Counted from the first letter of the stretch, positions 20,001 to 29,307 are shown. The stretch is DNA of 64,000 nt from an uncultured Bacteroidaceae bacterium (GCA_964572225.1 CAZNFR010000003.1:326-64325), one strand, 5' to 3'. Notes: generated by a model not told the origin, from the letters alone. A program made the numbers and translations.

Positions 20001-21340
20001 GGCTCATAATAGGAAGGAAAAACGGTGAGGTCCATCCCAATCAGAACATCATAATAGGCGAGATTGAAAATACCGTCGCATCCGTTAAGGTAGCAGGGCA
20101 CAAAAATGATCTTCACCTGACTGCCCCTGGCATTATCCAACCCGGCTTCTCTGATTCGTTTCATTACCGGATCGTACTCCGCATAATGAAGGTTGTGAGT
20201 CAGGTGCCTTTCCCCGGATACGTTCTTCTCAGGATTGGACAATCGCTCCATTAAATCTTTTCTCGGACCATAATGATTGGCAGGTACCAGGATAAAAGCC
20301 AGAATAGGTTTTTTCAGTCCGCTTTCCTTATTAAGTTTTCCCAGTGCATCTATAAATACATCGATACCTTTATTCTTAAACTCATATCGACCGGATATGG
20401 CAGTAATAAAACTATCCTCAGGGATTTCCTCTTCAAGCATGGCAGAGCTGACCTTAAGAATGGTGTCACGGGCAATTTTTCGCTTATCCTCAAAGTCTTC
20501 CTGAGGAACAAAACTATCTTCGAATCCGTTTGGTGTTACAAGATCCACGGGCTTCTCCAAAAATTGTCTGCATTCATTGGCGGTAAGCTCACTAACCGTG
20601 GTAAAGGCATCTGCATTCCTGGCACAAATCTTTTCCATGGATTGCTTGGAAACGACGCTGAATTCAGTCGCTTTGGCATCTCCGCTATATTCCTTCATTT
20701 TGGAATAAAGGGGTTGCCCGTTACCTGCTATGGAACGTCCAATTACCGTTGCATGAGTGGTAAATAGGGATCCGACCTGTGGCAGACTCTTTTTAAGGTA
20801 AAGTAATCCTGCACCGGTCATCCATTCATGAAACTGGGCTACTACCCTGTCGTGAGAAGTGAGGTGGTATTTGACATAGCTTTCAATGATCCGGGCTGAA
20901 GCATACCCGAAGAGGGAAGGTTCTATATAATCCCATTGCCCGGTTATGGAGTCCAGCTTATACTGTTCCCAAAACCGGCTGAAAATATCATCCTTCTTGT
21001 TAAAAAAGGTAGTAAAGTCAACCAGAAAAACCAATGGACGGCCTGCAATTTTCCAGCGGCCCACTCTCACTCTCAATCCTTCCGAAAGTGCTTTGTTCTT
21101 CCATCCGGAAAGCAACCTGGGATCCTCCTCAAACTCCGGGTGTTCCGTACTGTCTCTCCACACATCAGGTCCGATAAGTATGTACTTATCTCCGTATTCC
21201 TTTTCAAGGGTGATGGATTTGGTAGAGATAACGGTATGGATCCCCCCAACCTTGTTGCATATTTCCCAACTCACCTCAAATATATAATCCGGCCTTAATT
21301 TTACCTCACTCATAGTTTCTTCAAAATAATTAGTTATCAA
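17075..21340 (-). CDS. Fusion protein: GT3-type glycogen synthase (N-terminal, about aa 1-560) plus GT35 alpha-glucan phosphorylase (C-terminal)
   Basis: The N-terminus FEVSWEICNKVGGIHTVISTK...FHEWMTGAG...FTTHATVIGR matches eukaryote-type glycogen synthase. The C-terminal part has alpha-glucan phosphorylase features, including the PLP-lysine motif LEASGTSGMKVVMNGG (about 17818-17850). It is one uninterrupted 1421-codon frame. Confidence 0.85.
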   Translation of the reverse strand: MITNYFEETMSEVKLRPDYIFEVSWEICNKVGGIHTVISTKSITLEKEYGDKYILIGPDVWRDSTEHPEFEEDPRLLSGWKNKALSEGLRVRVGRWKIAGRPLVFLVDFTTFFNKKDDIFSRFWEQYKLDSITGQWDYIEPSLFGYASARIIESYVKYHLTSHDRVVAQFHEWMTGAGLLYLKKSLPQVGSLFTTHATVIGRSIAGNGQPLYSKMKEYSGDAKATEFSVVSKQSMEKICARNADAFTTVSELTANECRQFLEKPVDLVTPNGFEDSFVPQEDFEDKRKIARDTILKVSSAMLEEEIPEDSFITAISGRYEFKNKGIDVFIDALGKLNKESGLKKPILAFILVPANHYGPRKDLMERLSNPEKNVSGERHLTHNLHYAEYDPVMKRIREAGLDNARGSQVKIIFVPCYLNGCDGIFNLAYYDVLIGMDLTVFPSYYEPWGYTPLESLAFHIPTVTTTLAGFGLWVNDEFKEPGKGIFVIHRDDENDEEVTENIASSIQVMNNLDEQETRESRKKAFEISRTALWENLIEHYREAYSVALSKVEQRVDTFVETERVEQLPKVEVALGQTPSWSKVVIQQNIPEKLKGLESLSKNLWWCWNQDAIDLFESIDAELWEESEYNPIVVLERLSYEKMLKLEKDKNFTARLKSVVDRFNAYMETAANSSLKVTYFSMEFGLQDALKIYSGGLGLLAGDYLKEASDFNYNMIGVGLLYHYGYFRQDLAASGDQISVNDPLIYSKLPLSPVLNSEGKWIIINMILPGRDLKARIWKVDVGRVKLYLLDTDFEDNLDQDRSITHQLYGGDNENRFKQELLLGIGGIRALRALEIVPDLYHCNEGHAAFIGLERLREYIEQENMTFPEALEVVRSSNLFTTHTPVPAGHDYFDENMMRAYMSHYPNRLKISWEQLMGLGKMHTDRRDEKFSMSCLAVNLSQEINGVSRLHGEVSRGMFADMWKGYLKEEVPIGYVTNGVHLPTWVSSRWRKFFETHLDPDIFTKQQDRSLWEKVEQVDQAEIWKIRGEERKDLINYLKKRLMDSSRRSHQNPKLMVEIQEKLNPATLTIGFARRFATYKRAHLLFRDQDRLASIVNNPFMPVQFIFAGKAHPRDKAGQDLIKFIVEISRQERFLGKIIFLENYEIPLARKLVRGVDIWLNTPTRPLEASGTSGMKVVMNGGLHFSVLDGWWAEGYRSDSGWALQEEKAYDNQDFQDQLDAETIYSLIENEIAPLYYKRNERGVPTGWVDMIQNSIARVAPEFTMNRMLRDYIDRYYQPLYERTLMLRENEFEKVRSLASWKRKVLNVWEQIEIIEMKNPEIDKSSIEIGKSYISEVVLDLKTLSPEEIGVEFIIGDMSDDGHNINLIDVQEYQQVKTAGSKVFYKLDMTPTQPGIYDYGIRISPRNPMLAHRQDFSLVRWI

Positions 21341-21365
21341 TAATTTAAATTTTCACTTTTTTTAC

Positions 21366-22751
21366 TTATTTCTTTGCTGAAGGGTCCTTCCCTGAGGCAG
21401 GCTTCTTTTTCCCGGTTCCCTTTTCAATACGACTTGCCTGTTTAACCGGTTTTTCCTTTTTGGCTTCGGAAAATCCCATCACCTGTTTTTCATATTTTTT
21501 GATCATTTCGTCTTTTTCAGCAATGATCTTGCTGAGACGGCTTACCTCTTCATCCACATTACTTGTAAGCAGGGAGTTTAATCTGATCTCAAAATCGGTA
21601 AGGATATTCATGTAATTTATAAAGGCTTCATAGGGAGAATCATAGGGATTAAAATACGAATGAACATCCCCATCCGAAAAAAACTTGGTTGCCATATAAT
21701 AGAAGTGGTCGCTAACCTGCATATACCGAAAATCCTTTGTTAAAATCGGGTCACCAACCTGTTGCACTTTATCCAGAAGGCTGTACAGTTTGTTAAAGGC
21801 CTGCTCCTGAAGTGGGTTGCCAAGCCATGCGGTCAGATCCCTTTCCTCATCGGCCCAGGATATGGGATAGGGCACATTGATGGCACCGACGGGTTGCAGT
21901 TGCTGAATAATCTCGGAGGGTGTACTGAAGGTAAAATTGCTTTTCTTTAATACAAACTCCGGAAAGGCTTTTAAAAAATCGAATATTCCAGTGTCCTTCC
22001 ACTGGTGTTCACCAAAGGTCTCATAATCCATAAATAAATTTACCGTTTCATCGTTCTTTCCAATGTCATTGAGCCATGAAACATACTTTTCGGCGGTAAG
22101 GGGATACTCGTTCCAGCTTTTATCGGAAAAACGAAATGCGATATCATCGCTGAGCTTAAAATTCTTCAACAAAATCTTTAAACGGGGATTGATGGCGTTG
22201 GCATAGAGGAAATTGGGAGATTTCCAGCCCATGATGTGTTTGGCTCCTTCGGTAAGCATTCCGGGAAATCCCATTTCCGCAACCATAGTACCAATCTCGT
22301 CGGAATAGATCAGCTCTGTATTTCGGAATATCCTGGGCTCTACCTTAAAAACTTCCTGTATACGGTTCCGGTGTTCTTCCACCTGCCTGAAAAACTCCTC
22401 CTTACTTTTCAGGGCCACAAGTGAATGTGCATAGGTTTCCGAGAGGAATTCAACCTGCGCGGTTTCGGCAAGTTTTCGAAATGACTCCAGAACTTCCGGA
22501 AAATAAAGTTCCATCTGATCAATGGCAATACCTGAGATGGAAAAACTCACCTTAAAACGCTCGCCATATTTCCGGATAAGAGAAAGCAGGATTTCATTGG
22601 CAGGCAGATAGGAGTTACGTGCCACTTTATTCAGAATACTTTCGTTCAGATAATCATCATAGTAATAATGATCATTTCCAATGTCAAAAAAACGGTATTT
22701 CCTGAACCGAAAGGGTTGGTGAACCTGGAAGTACAAGCATATTGTTCTCAT
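21366..22751 (-). CDS. Glycoside hydrolase family 57 (alpha-amylase / glucanotransferase-like) with a Lys-rich C-terminal tail
   Basis: 461 aa. ICLYFQVHQPFRFRKYRFFDIG...ETYAHSL...DYETFGEHQW is GH57-like. The tail is EAKKEKPVKQASRIEKGTGKKKPASGKDPSAKK. Confidence 0.8.
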   Translation of the reverse strand: MRTICLYFQVHQPFRFRKYRFFDIGNDHYYYDDYLNESILNKVARNSYLPANEILLSLIRKYGERFKVSFSISGIAIDQMELYFPEVLESFRKLAETAQVEFLSETYAHSLVALKSKEEFFRQVEEHRNRIQEVFKVEPRIFRNTELIYSDEIGTMVAEMGFPGMLTEGAKHIMGWKSPNFLYANAINPRLKILLKNFKLSDDIAFRFSDKSWNEYPLTAEKYVSWLNDIGKNDETVNLFMDYETFGEHQWKDTGIFDFLKAFPEFVLKKSNFTFSTPSEIIQQLQPVGAINVPYPISWADEERDLTAWLGNPLQEQAFNKLYSLLDKVQQVGDPILTKDFRYMQVSDHFYYMATKFFSDGDVHSYFNPYDSPYEAFINYMNILTDFEIRLNSLLTSNVDEEVSRLSKIIAEKDEMIKKYEKQVMGFSEAKKEKPVKQASRIEKGTGKKKPASGKDPSAKK

Positions 22752-22761
22752 ATTCTGAAAC

Positions 22762-24048
22762 TTAATGAATTACGGATTTATAAATATCGTATACTTTTAA
22801 AGCGGCATTTTCCCACTTCATATTTACCACCTCTTCCTTGCCATATTTTTTAAACATGTCTGAAAGGGCGCTATAGTTAAGGAGACCGTAGATGGCATCG
22901 GCCATGGCATCGATATCCCAGAAATCGGTTTTCAATGCATAGGTAAGAACCTCCGAAACCCCCGATTGATGTGAAATAATTACAGGTACGTTAGACTGCA
23001 TGGCTTCCAGGGGGGAAATTCCAAAGGGTTCTGATACAGAGGGCATAACATAGACATCGCTGATGGAGAACATTCGGTAAACGTCATCTCCTTTAAGGAA
23101 ACCGGTAAAGTGAAATCGGTCGGCTATCCGGAGTGAAGCTGCATGTGCCACCATCCGGTCCAGAAGTTCGCCCGAACCAGCCATTACAAAACGAACATTG
23201 TCCATTTTCTGTAATACCTTATAAGCTGCCTCGATAAAGTATTCAGGCCCTTTCTGAAGGGTGACCCTTCCAAGGAAAGTAACGATCTTATCGTTGAGGG
23301 ATTTCTTAAAATCCAGTTTTTCCAGTCCCTCGGTGGGCTCTACTGCGTTATGGACCGTGATAACTTTGGCCGGATCGATTCCATAATTATGAATAATGGT
23401 GTTACGTGTGAGGTTTGATACGGCTACTATGCAATCGGCCTGCTCCATTCCTTTCTTTTCAATTTCGTAGACCCCGGGATTAACATTACCACCGCTACGG
23501 TCGAAATCTGTAGCATGCACATGGATCACCAGGGGTTTGCCCGATACTTTTTTGGCTGCAATCCCTGTCGGAAAAGTTAGCCAGTCATGAGAATGGATCA
23601 CATCGAAATCCCCTGCTTCACCTAAAGAGGAGGCCACTATAGCATAGTTGGCGATCTCCTGGAAGAGGTCCTTGCCATAACCCCCGCTAAAATTCAGTTT
23701 TCCCCGGAAACGAGTCTGTATATAGGTTTTTCCTTCAACACTTGCACTTCTCACTGCTTCGTCGTATTCCTCAGGATCGGTATAAGGAACCAGGGAGGAA
23801 TTCACTTCGAGGTACTCAATTTCCCTCAGAAAACCTTCATAATTGATTAAACGTCTGCTTACTTCGACATTGTTTGCTCCAAGAATCTCAAACCGGCTCT
23901 GGTCCTCATCTCCAAAAGCTCTAGGAACTACAAATCGAATGCTAAGGTCAGGTATTTTTGACATTCCTTTGGTGAGGCCATAGGAAGCCGTACCCAGTCC
24001 TCCTGAGATATGTGGAGGAAATTCCCAACCAAACATTAAAACTCTCAT
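22762..24048 (-). CDS. Glycosyltransferase (GT4/GT5-like, candidate second alpha-glucan synthase)
   Basis: The start was moved to the ATG at 24048, giving MRVLMFGWEFPPHISGGLGTASYGL. It has a GT-B fold and the C-terminal motif MPSVSEPFGISPLEAM. With this start it no longer overlaps the upstream gene. Confidence 0.75.
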   Translation of the reverse strand: MRVLMFGWEFPPHISGGLGTASYGLTKGMSKIPDLSIRFVVPRAFGDEDQSRFEILGANNVEVSRRLINYEGFLREIEYLEVNSSLVPYTDPEEYDEAVRSASVEGKTYIQTRFRGKLNFSGGYGKDLFQEIANYAIVASSLGEAGDFDVIHSHDWLTFPTGIAAKKVSGKPLVIHVHATDFDRSGGNVNPGVYEIEKKGMEQADCIVAVSNLTRNTIIHNYGIDPAKVITVHNAVEPTEGLEKLDFKKSLNDKIVTFLGRVTLQKGPEYFIEAAYKVLQKMDNVRFVMAGSGELLDRMVAHAASLRIADRFHFTGFLKGDDVYRMFSISDVYVMPSVSEPFGISPLEAMQSNVPVIISHQSGVSEVLTYALKTDFWDIDAMADAIYGLLNYSALSDMFKKYGKEEVVNMKWENAALKVYDIYKSVIH

Positions 24049-24070
24049 AAAGAACCGTTTTAAAGGATGA

Positions 24071-26020
24071 TTATTTGTTGCTGGCATTAATATTTTCAAG
24101 CATCTCATTGATCCTGAGGAGGGCTGCAACACTCCAGGCCTGGGATATTGCTCCTTTGGGTCGGTGGGGAGGATCTCCGTCGTAAATCTCTGCAATCGTA
24201 CTTACCCCGTACTCGGTCATATTCTGCTCAAAACCCATGAGTATAGATTTTACGTGTGAGATCCCTGCATTCTTATGAACATCCAGAAACGCCTTCGCAT
24301 AATGCTCGAGTAACCATGGCCAGACTGTACCCTGGTGGTATTGTTTGTCACGGGTATCCTGATCTCCCTCATAAACGCCCTGGTATGCGGGGTTTTTCGG
24401 AGAAAGGGTTCGAAGCCCTCTGGGGGTAAGAAGTTCCGATCTTACAATCTCAAGGATGGAGTTTTTCATTTCCTGACTTAGCATGGAATGGTCCAGTGAG
24501 GCTGCGATGATCATGTTGGGTCTGACGTCTTTGTTAGGTCCTTCATCCGAAATATAATCTGCAAGGTATCCTTCATCCTCAATCCAGAAATGTCCGAGAA
24601 AGGCTTCCCTGATCTTTTCAGGAAAGTCTTTCCATGAATTGACAAACTTTTGATCTCCATCCATTTCAGCCCATTTCAAACTCTGAACCACGGCATTGTA
24701 CCATAAGGCATTGATCTCAACCGGCAGACCAATCCTTGGTGTAACAGCACCATCACGGGTAAGGGCATCCATCCAGGTAAGAGCCTTACCTTCCTTGCCT
24801 GCATAAATAAGCCCGTTTTCCCGCATTCCAATATTGAAAAGGGTGCCCTCGCGAAAACTCTGGAGGACAGATTTAACCGCTTTACCGAACTCCTTCCAGA
24901 CATCGGTGTTTTCATATTTTTCGAGTTCCTGAAGACTCCAGATAAACCAAAGGGGAGCATCAACCGAATTATAGGCGGGATTTCTGGAATCACCGGTATT
25001 CGGAAACAATCCATTCTTCAGACTTTTGATCATGGTTTTGATAACCTTCCTGGCAATATCCGGATTACCGGTTGAAAGCGTCAATCCCGGAAGGGAAATG
25101 AAGGTATCTCTACCCCAGGTTCCGAACCAGGGAAAACCGGCAATGATCTCAACCCCTCTTTCATTTTTGACAATAAACTGCTCTGCAGAATTCTTTAAAC
25201 AACTGAGGAAGCTGTTCCTGGGCAGGCGCCGGCTTTTTTCAGAAGTATACCTGCGTTTAAGTGAAGCAGGATTTGCTTTCCGGGTGGAAGCAGAAAAAAC
25301 AACGCTTTCCCCGCTTCTCATTTTCAATTCAAAATAACCGGGCACAAACAGGTCTTCCTTGTAATCATAACCCCGCTTTTGCTCTTCAATATATTCAATA
25401 TTATAATACCAGTCGGGAACAGCAATAAATTCATTATCCTTGGAAAATTGCATGTAGAGATAAGGAAAGTCATCATACAACCTGGAGGCTATTCCATTCT
25501 CCACGTTACGGTATTTGGTATTGGCATAAAGATTTGCCTTACTTAAACGGTGTATGTTCCGGAATGCGAGAAAAGGCCGGAAACGAAGAGTGGTTGGTGC
25601 CTGCGAATCAATTAGAGTAAATCTGATCAGGATCTGTTCCTGGTTTTCAACCAGGAGGCTTTCTCTTTCCAGAATCACATTTCCTACCCGGTAGGTGGTT
25701 ACCGCAGTGGTTTCCGCTTCAAAATCACGAATGTACTTATGGCCCTTGGGAATAAACAGGTCTCCCTGATACATATGGATCCCCAGGTTAAATTCCTGCT
25801 CATGCTGAATCACAGTAACATCAAGAGATGAAAGTAGAAGATGACGGTCCTCACTTTTCTTGTGACAAGGACAGATCAGCAACCCATGGTATTTACGGGT
25901 GTTACAACCAACCAGGGTGGTAGATGCGAATGAACCCGATCGGTTCGACCTTAGCATCTCTCTGCCAAGAGAGTATTCAAGGTTGATGAGTTGATTTTTA
26001 TCAAACTGTAGATAACTCAT
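24071..26020 (-). CDS. Glycogen debranching enzyme-like protein (amylo-alpha-1,6-glucosidase family)
   Basis: 649 aa. GFPWFGTWGRDTFISLPGL and ...QGTVWPWLLEHY... are typical of the GDE C-terminal (alpha/alpha)6 domain. Confidence 0.8.
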   Translation of the reverse strand: MSYLQFDKNQLINLEYSLGREMLRSNRSGSFASTTLVGCNTRKYHGLLICPCHKKSEDRHLLLSSLDVTVIQHEQEFNLGIHMYQGDLFIPKGHKYIRDFEAETTAVTTYRVGNVILERESLLVENQEQILIRFTLIDSQAPTTLRFRPFLAFRNIHRLSKANLYANTKYRNVENGIASRLYDDFPYLYMQFSKDNEFIAVPDWYYNIEYIEEQKRGYDYKEDLFVPGYFELKMRSGESVVFSASTRKANPASLKRRYTSEKSRRLPRNSFLSCLKNSAEQFIVKNERGVEIIAGFPWFGTWGRDTFISLPGLTLSTGNPDIARKVIKTMIKSLKNGLFPNTGDSRNPAYNSVDAPLWFIWSLQELEKYENTDVWKEFGKAVKSVLQSFREGTLFNIGMRENGLIYAGKEGKALTWMDALTRDGAVTPRIGLPVEINALWYNAVVQSLKWAEMDGDQKFVNSWKDFPEKIREAFLGHFWIEDEGYLADYISDEGPNKDVRPNMIIAASLDHSMLSQEMKNSILEIVRSELLTPRGLRTLSPKNPAYQGVYEGDQDTRDKQYHQGTVWPWLLEHYAKAFLDVHKNAGISHVKSILMGFEQNMTEYGVSTIAEIYDGDPPHRPKGAISQAWSVAALLRINEMLENINASNK

Positions 26021-26426
26021 ATCAACAAGCTTAAAAATTAATAAAATTTAAATGAATGACTGCGAACCGGGATAAGTAATTCCTTGTAGTAGAATAGAGT
26101 GCAAATGTCATACAATTCTCTGTATTTAACAAATGTGATTTAAAACTAAACTTTAATTTTTGGTTAATTATGATAATCTGCAATCTTTTTTACTCTTCTA
26201 AGACTTTCTCCTTGTGGCTTTTCCGCTATCTCCCCGCACTTTACATAACAAATGAACCCCCGCTTTGTCAATCGGAAACCGAAAATTTATGGAATTTTTT
26301 TTTACTAACGTATTTTAAATGATTGGGTGATTCCCGATCCGAGTATTACTTTTGCAAACCAATTAACCATGGATCCCTTTTCTTTTTTTAAATTGATCCT
26401 GATCGTAATGAACCGGACACAAGCGG

Positions 26427-27245
26427 ATGGCAAAAAACAGACTCCAGACCAGCAAAACCTCAAAAACCGGAATCCTAAGGATTACTATCATCGGAATGAT
26501 AATTCAGGGAATTTTTCTCATTGCCTGCGATCGTGAGTCCACGGATAAGGAAAAATCTTCCTCCCTCAGGCTCTTTTTGCAAACCTCCCCGGAATTATCC
26601 GGGTTTTTATATATTGAGGAGTACAAAGTGGGAGGCTTTACAAAAATAGACTCCATAAAATCAACCGGTAAAAATGAATATCAAAAGCAATATAACCTCA
26701 GCTATCCGACTGTCTTTGCCATATCTGACCAATCAGGGGACAGGTTAATTTTTCCTGTCATTTCCGGCGACAGTCTGCTCATTGTCCTTTCAGACGATAA
26801 ACTCTTTGATTCAATCCTTTCAGGAAATAAAACCATAAGAAGCTTTAACCTTCTCACCCAAAAAACACATCAATTTCTGGACACTGCAGAGTATTATTCG
26901 GCTATGGTCAGAGACAGCCTGGGAAGTCCTTTCTACCCGGAACTAAGGTTGAAAGCGAACCGGGGTTACCAGGCAAATCTGGAAGACCTCAGAACCTTTT
27001 ATCGCGGGTTCGTCCTTGAAAACGATACCTCCATACTAAGTCTTCTGGCCCTTCAAAACCAGATCGGACCCGGATTTTATGTATTGGATCCTATGGAGGA
27101 TCCCGGCATTTACTTGAGGATAGATTCCATCCTGTCTAAACGATACCCTGTTTCGGCTCCGGTTTTGGCTTTCAACACCAGGGTGGACAATATTTTAAAA
27201 CAGTTATTGCAAAAATCCGGCCCCGAAGCCCTTAACGAAAAATGA
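26427..27245 (+). CDS. Hypothetical lipoprotein, a paralog of the N-terminal two-thirds of the next gene
   Basis: The signal/lipobox is GIFLIAC. It shares architecture and local similarity with 27342-28535 (for example ILSKRYPVSAPVLAF against VSNRYPDNPFVRSF) but has no thioredoxin-fold domain. Confidence 0.5.
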   Translation: MAKNRLQTSKTSKTGILRITIIGMIIQGIFLIACDRESTDKEKSSSLRLFLQTSPELSGFLYIEEYKVGGFTKIDSIKSTGKNEYQKQYNLSYPTVFAISDQSGDRLIFPVISGDSLLIVLSDDKLFDSILSGNKTIRSFNLLTQKTHQFLDTAEYYSAMVRDSLGSPFYPELRLKANRGYQANLEDLRTFYRGFVLENDTSILSLLALQNQIGPGFYVLDPMEDPGIYLRIDSILSKRYPVSAPVLAFNTRVDNILKQLLQKSGPEALNEK

Positions 27246-27341
27246 GAAAATACCCTGAAATTTTTAACTCAAAGGAAATGGGATTATCTTAGGCTGGAAA
27301 TTTTTCGGTGTTACCAACATAAATAACAAACGATATCTTAC

Positions 27342-28535
27342 ATGAAAACCAATTCGGGAGTATTTATTAAGCCTGAAAGGACCGGAAAGATTTTAATGGG
27401 CATCTTTTTCCTGCTTATTTCTTATGCCTGCTCCGATCGGCCCAACACGCGGATCAAAGGCACGGTGAACAACCATGAAAGAGAGTATATTTATCTGGAT
27501 TACCTGGACATCAACAAAACCCTTACCCTCGATTCTGTAAAACTGAAAAAAGACGGGAGTTTTCAGTTTCGGTTCAGGGTCGGGCATGCCGGACTCTATC
27601 TTCTCAGAAATGAAGAGGGGAAAATCATTAACCTCCTTCCCTTTCCCGGGGATGAGCTTGAGCTTACCATAAATGGGGAAAAATTTGGGCAGGCTTATAG
27701 CGTGAAAGGGTCTCAGGAATCAGAGAACATCCGACAACTGGTTGACAAGCTTCAGTTTACACGCTCAGAGCTGAGTAAACTGGATTCGGTTTACAGTTCC
27801 TTTTCCAACATCACCCAACAACAGGCAAGCGATTATATCGCCAGAAGAAAAGCCATAATTCAGGACCAGCGCGACTTCACCATCCAGTTTATCATTGAAC
27901 ATCTCAACTCCATATCAAGCATCTACGCAATTTATCAGGAGATTTCGGAAGGACAGTATGTCCTGAGTGAAAACCGGGACATACAGTACATGAAAATTGT
28001 AGCCGATTCGGTTTCGAACAGGTACCCCGACAATCCTTTTGTTCGATCCTTTGTTGAAGATGCCCGGGCAAATGAAAGGGAATACTATAATCTTCAGGAA
28101 CTGGGGAAATTAATGAAGGATGCAAAAACCGGACTCCCTGATCTGCAAATTCCCGATACCGAAGGAGACACCATAAAATTATCCGAAGTGAATGCAGACC
28201 TTATTTATCTCTATTTCTGGTCCAGTTTTTCAGAGCCTTCAAGAAACATTAATCCACAGCTTAAGTCTATCTATGAAAAGAATAAAAACAAGGGATTTGA
28301 AGTTTATGCGGTATCGCTTGACAGTGAAAAACGGGACTGGCTTAATGCCATACGATTCGATGAACTCAACTGGATCAATGTTTCTGAATTAAGCTTCCCG
28401 AATTCCAAGGCTTCGGCAATATATAATGTCAGAAGTCTCCCTTCATCCTACCTGCTTAACGGCAATGGGGAAATTCTGGCAAGAGACATCTATGGGGCAG
28501 AGCTTCAAAAATGGCTGGATAATATCTTAAAATAA
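27342..28535 (+). CDS. TlpA/ResA-like thioredoxin-fold lipoprotein with a degenerate active site (no CxxC)
   Basis: The lipobox is LLISYAC. The C-terminal redoxin domain reads LIYLYFWSSFSEPSRNINPQL...GFEVYAVSLD. This aligns to the canonical FWASWCGPCRxExP with both Cys replaced by Ser (28230-28241). Confidence 0.7.
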   Translation: MKTNSGVFIKPERTGKILMGIFFLLISYACSDRPNTRIKGTVNNHEREYIYLDYLDINKTLTLDSVKLKKDGSFQFRFRVGHAGLYLLRNEEGKIINLLPFPGDELELTINGEKFGQAYSVKGSQESENIRQLVDKLQFTRSELSKLDSVYSSFSNITQQQASDYIARRKAIIQDQRDFTIQFIIEHLNSISSIYAIYQEISEGQYVLSENRDIQYMKIVADSVSNRYPDNPFVRSFVEDARANEREYYNLQELGKLMKDAKTGLPDLQIPDTEGDTIKLSEVNADLIYLYFWSSFSEPSRNINPQLKSIYEKNKNKGFEVYAVSLDSEKRDWLNAIRFDELNWINVSELSFPNSKASAIYNVRSLPSSYLLNGNGEILARDIYGAELQKWLDNILK

Positions 28536-29293
28536 TGGAGGAATCCGGAAAAAGGAAAAAAATATTTTTCGTTTCAGATGCTCATCTGGGACTTCCCCCC
28601 GTAGAAAAGAGCCGGTACCGGGAAAGACTGCTGGTCCGATGGCTGGAAGAGAAGAGAAAGGATGCCGGAGCCTTTTACCTGTTGGGGGACATTTTCGATT
28701 ACTGGTTCGAATATAAGAAAGTGGTTCCGCGTGGTTTTGTTCGTTTCCTGGGAAAAATAGCAGAGATTACCGATGCAGGCATTCCTGTTTACTTTTTCAC
28801 GGGGAATCACGATGTCTGGGTCTTTGACTATCTTCCTTCCGAAATTGGGGTAGAGGTATTCCGGAAACCTATTATCAGGGATATCCAGGGGAAAAGATTT
28901 TATCTTGCCCATGGGGATGGACTGGGTGAGGGAGAGCGCTCTTATAAAATTCTGAAATCCATCTTTACCAGTAAAATTCTTCAATGGCTATATGCCAGGA
29001 TCCACCCGAATGCATCAGCGGCTTTTGCTCACCGATGGTCCCAAAGAAGCCGCCTTTCCAAGGGAAATTATACCCCCTTTCTTGGAGAACAAAAGGAACA
29101 CCTGATCAATCATTCGAAGAAGATACTAAGGGATACGGATATCGACTTCTTCGTTTATGGTCACAGGCATGTTCCCTATGAAATGCAATTGAATGAGAAA
29201 GCCAGGGTAGTGTACCTTGGCGACTGGTTTGTCAATTTTACCTTCGGCGAGTTTGATGGGGAGCAAATGCACCTCAAAAAATTCGAAAACTGA
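28535..29293 (+). CDS. lpxH: UDP-2,3-diacylglucosamine diphosphatase
   Basis: IFFVSDAHLG...YLLGDIFDYWFEY...FTGNHD...LAHGDG...GHRH. This is the LpxH-type metallophosphoesterase motif set. Confidence 0.85.
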   Translation: MEESGKRKKIFFVSDAHLGLPPVEKSRYRERLLVRWLEEKRKDAGAFYLLGDIFDYWFEYKKVVPRGFVRFLGKIAEITDAGIPVYFFTGNHDVWVFDYLPSEIGVEVFRKPIIRDIQGKRFYLAHGDGLGEGERSYKILKSIFTSKILQWLYARIHPNASAAFAHRWSQRSRLSKGNYTPFLGEQKEHLINHSKKILRDTDIDFFVYGHRHVPYEMQLNEKARVVYLGDWFVNFTFGEFDGEQMHLKKFEN

Positions 29294-29307
29294 CGAGCTT
29301 GCAATTC

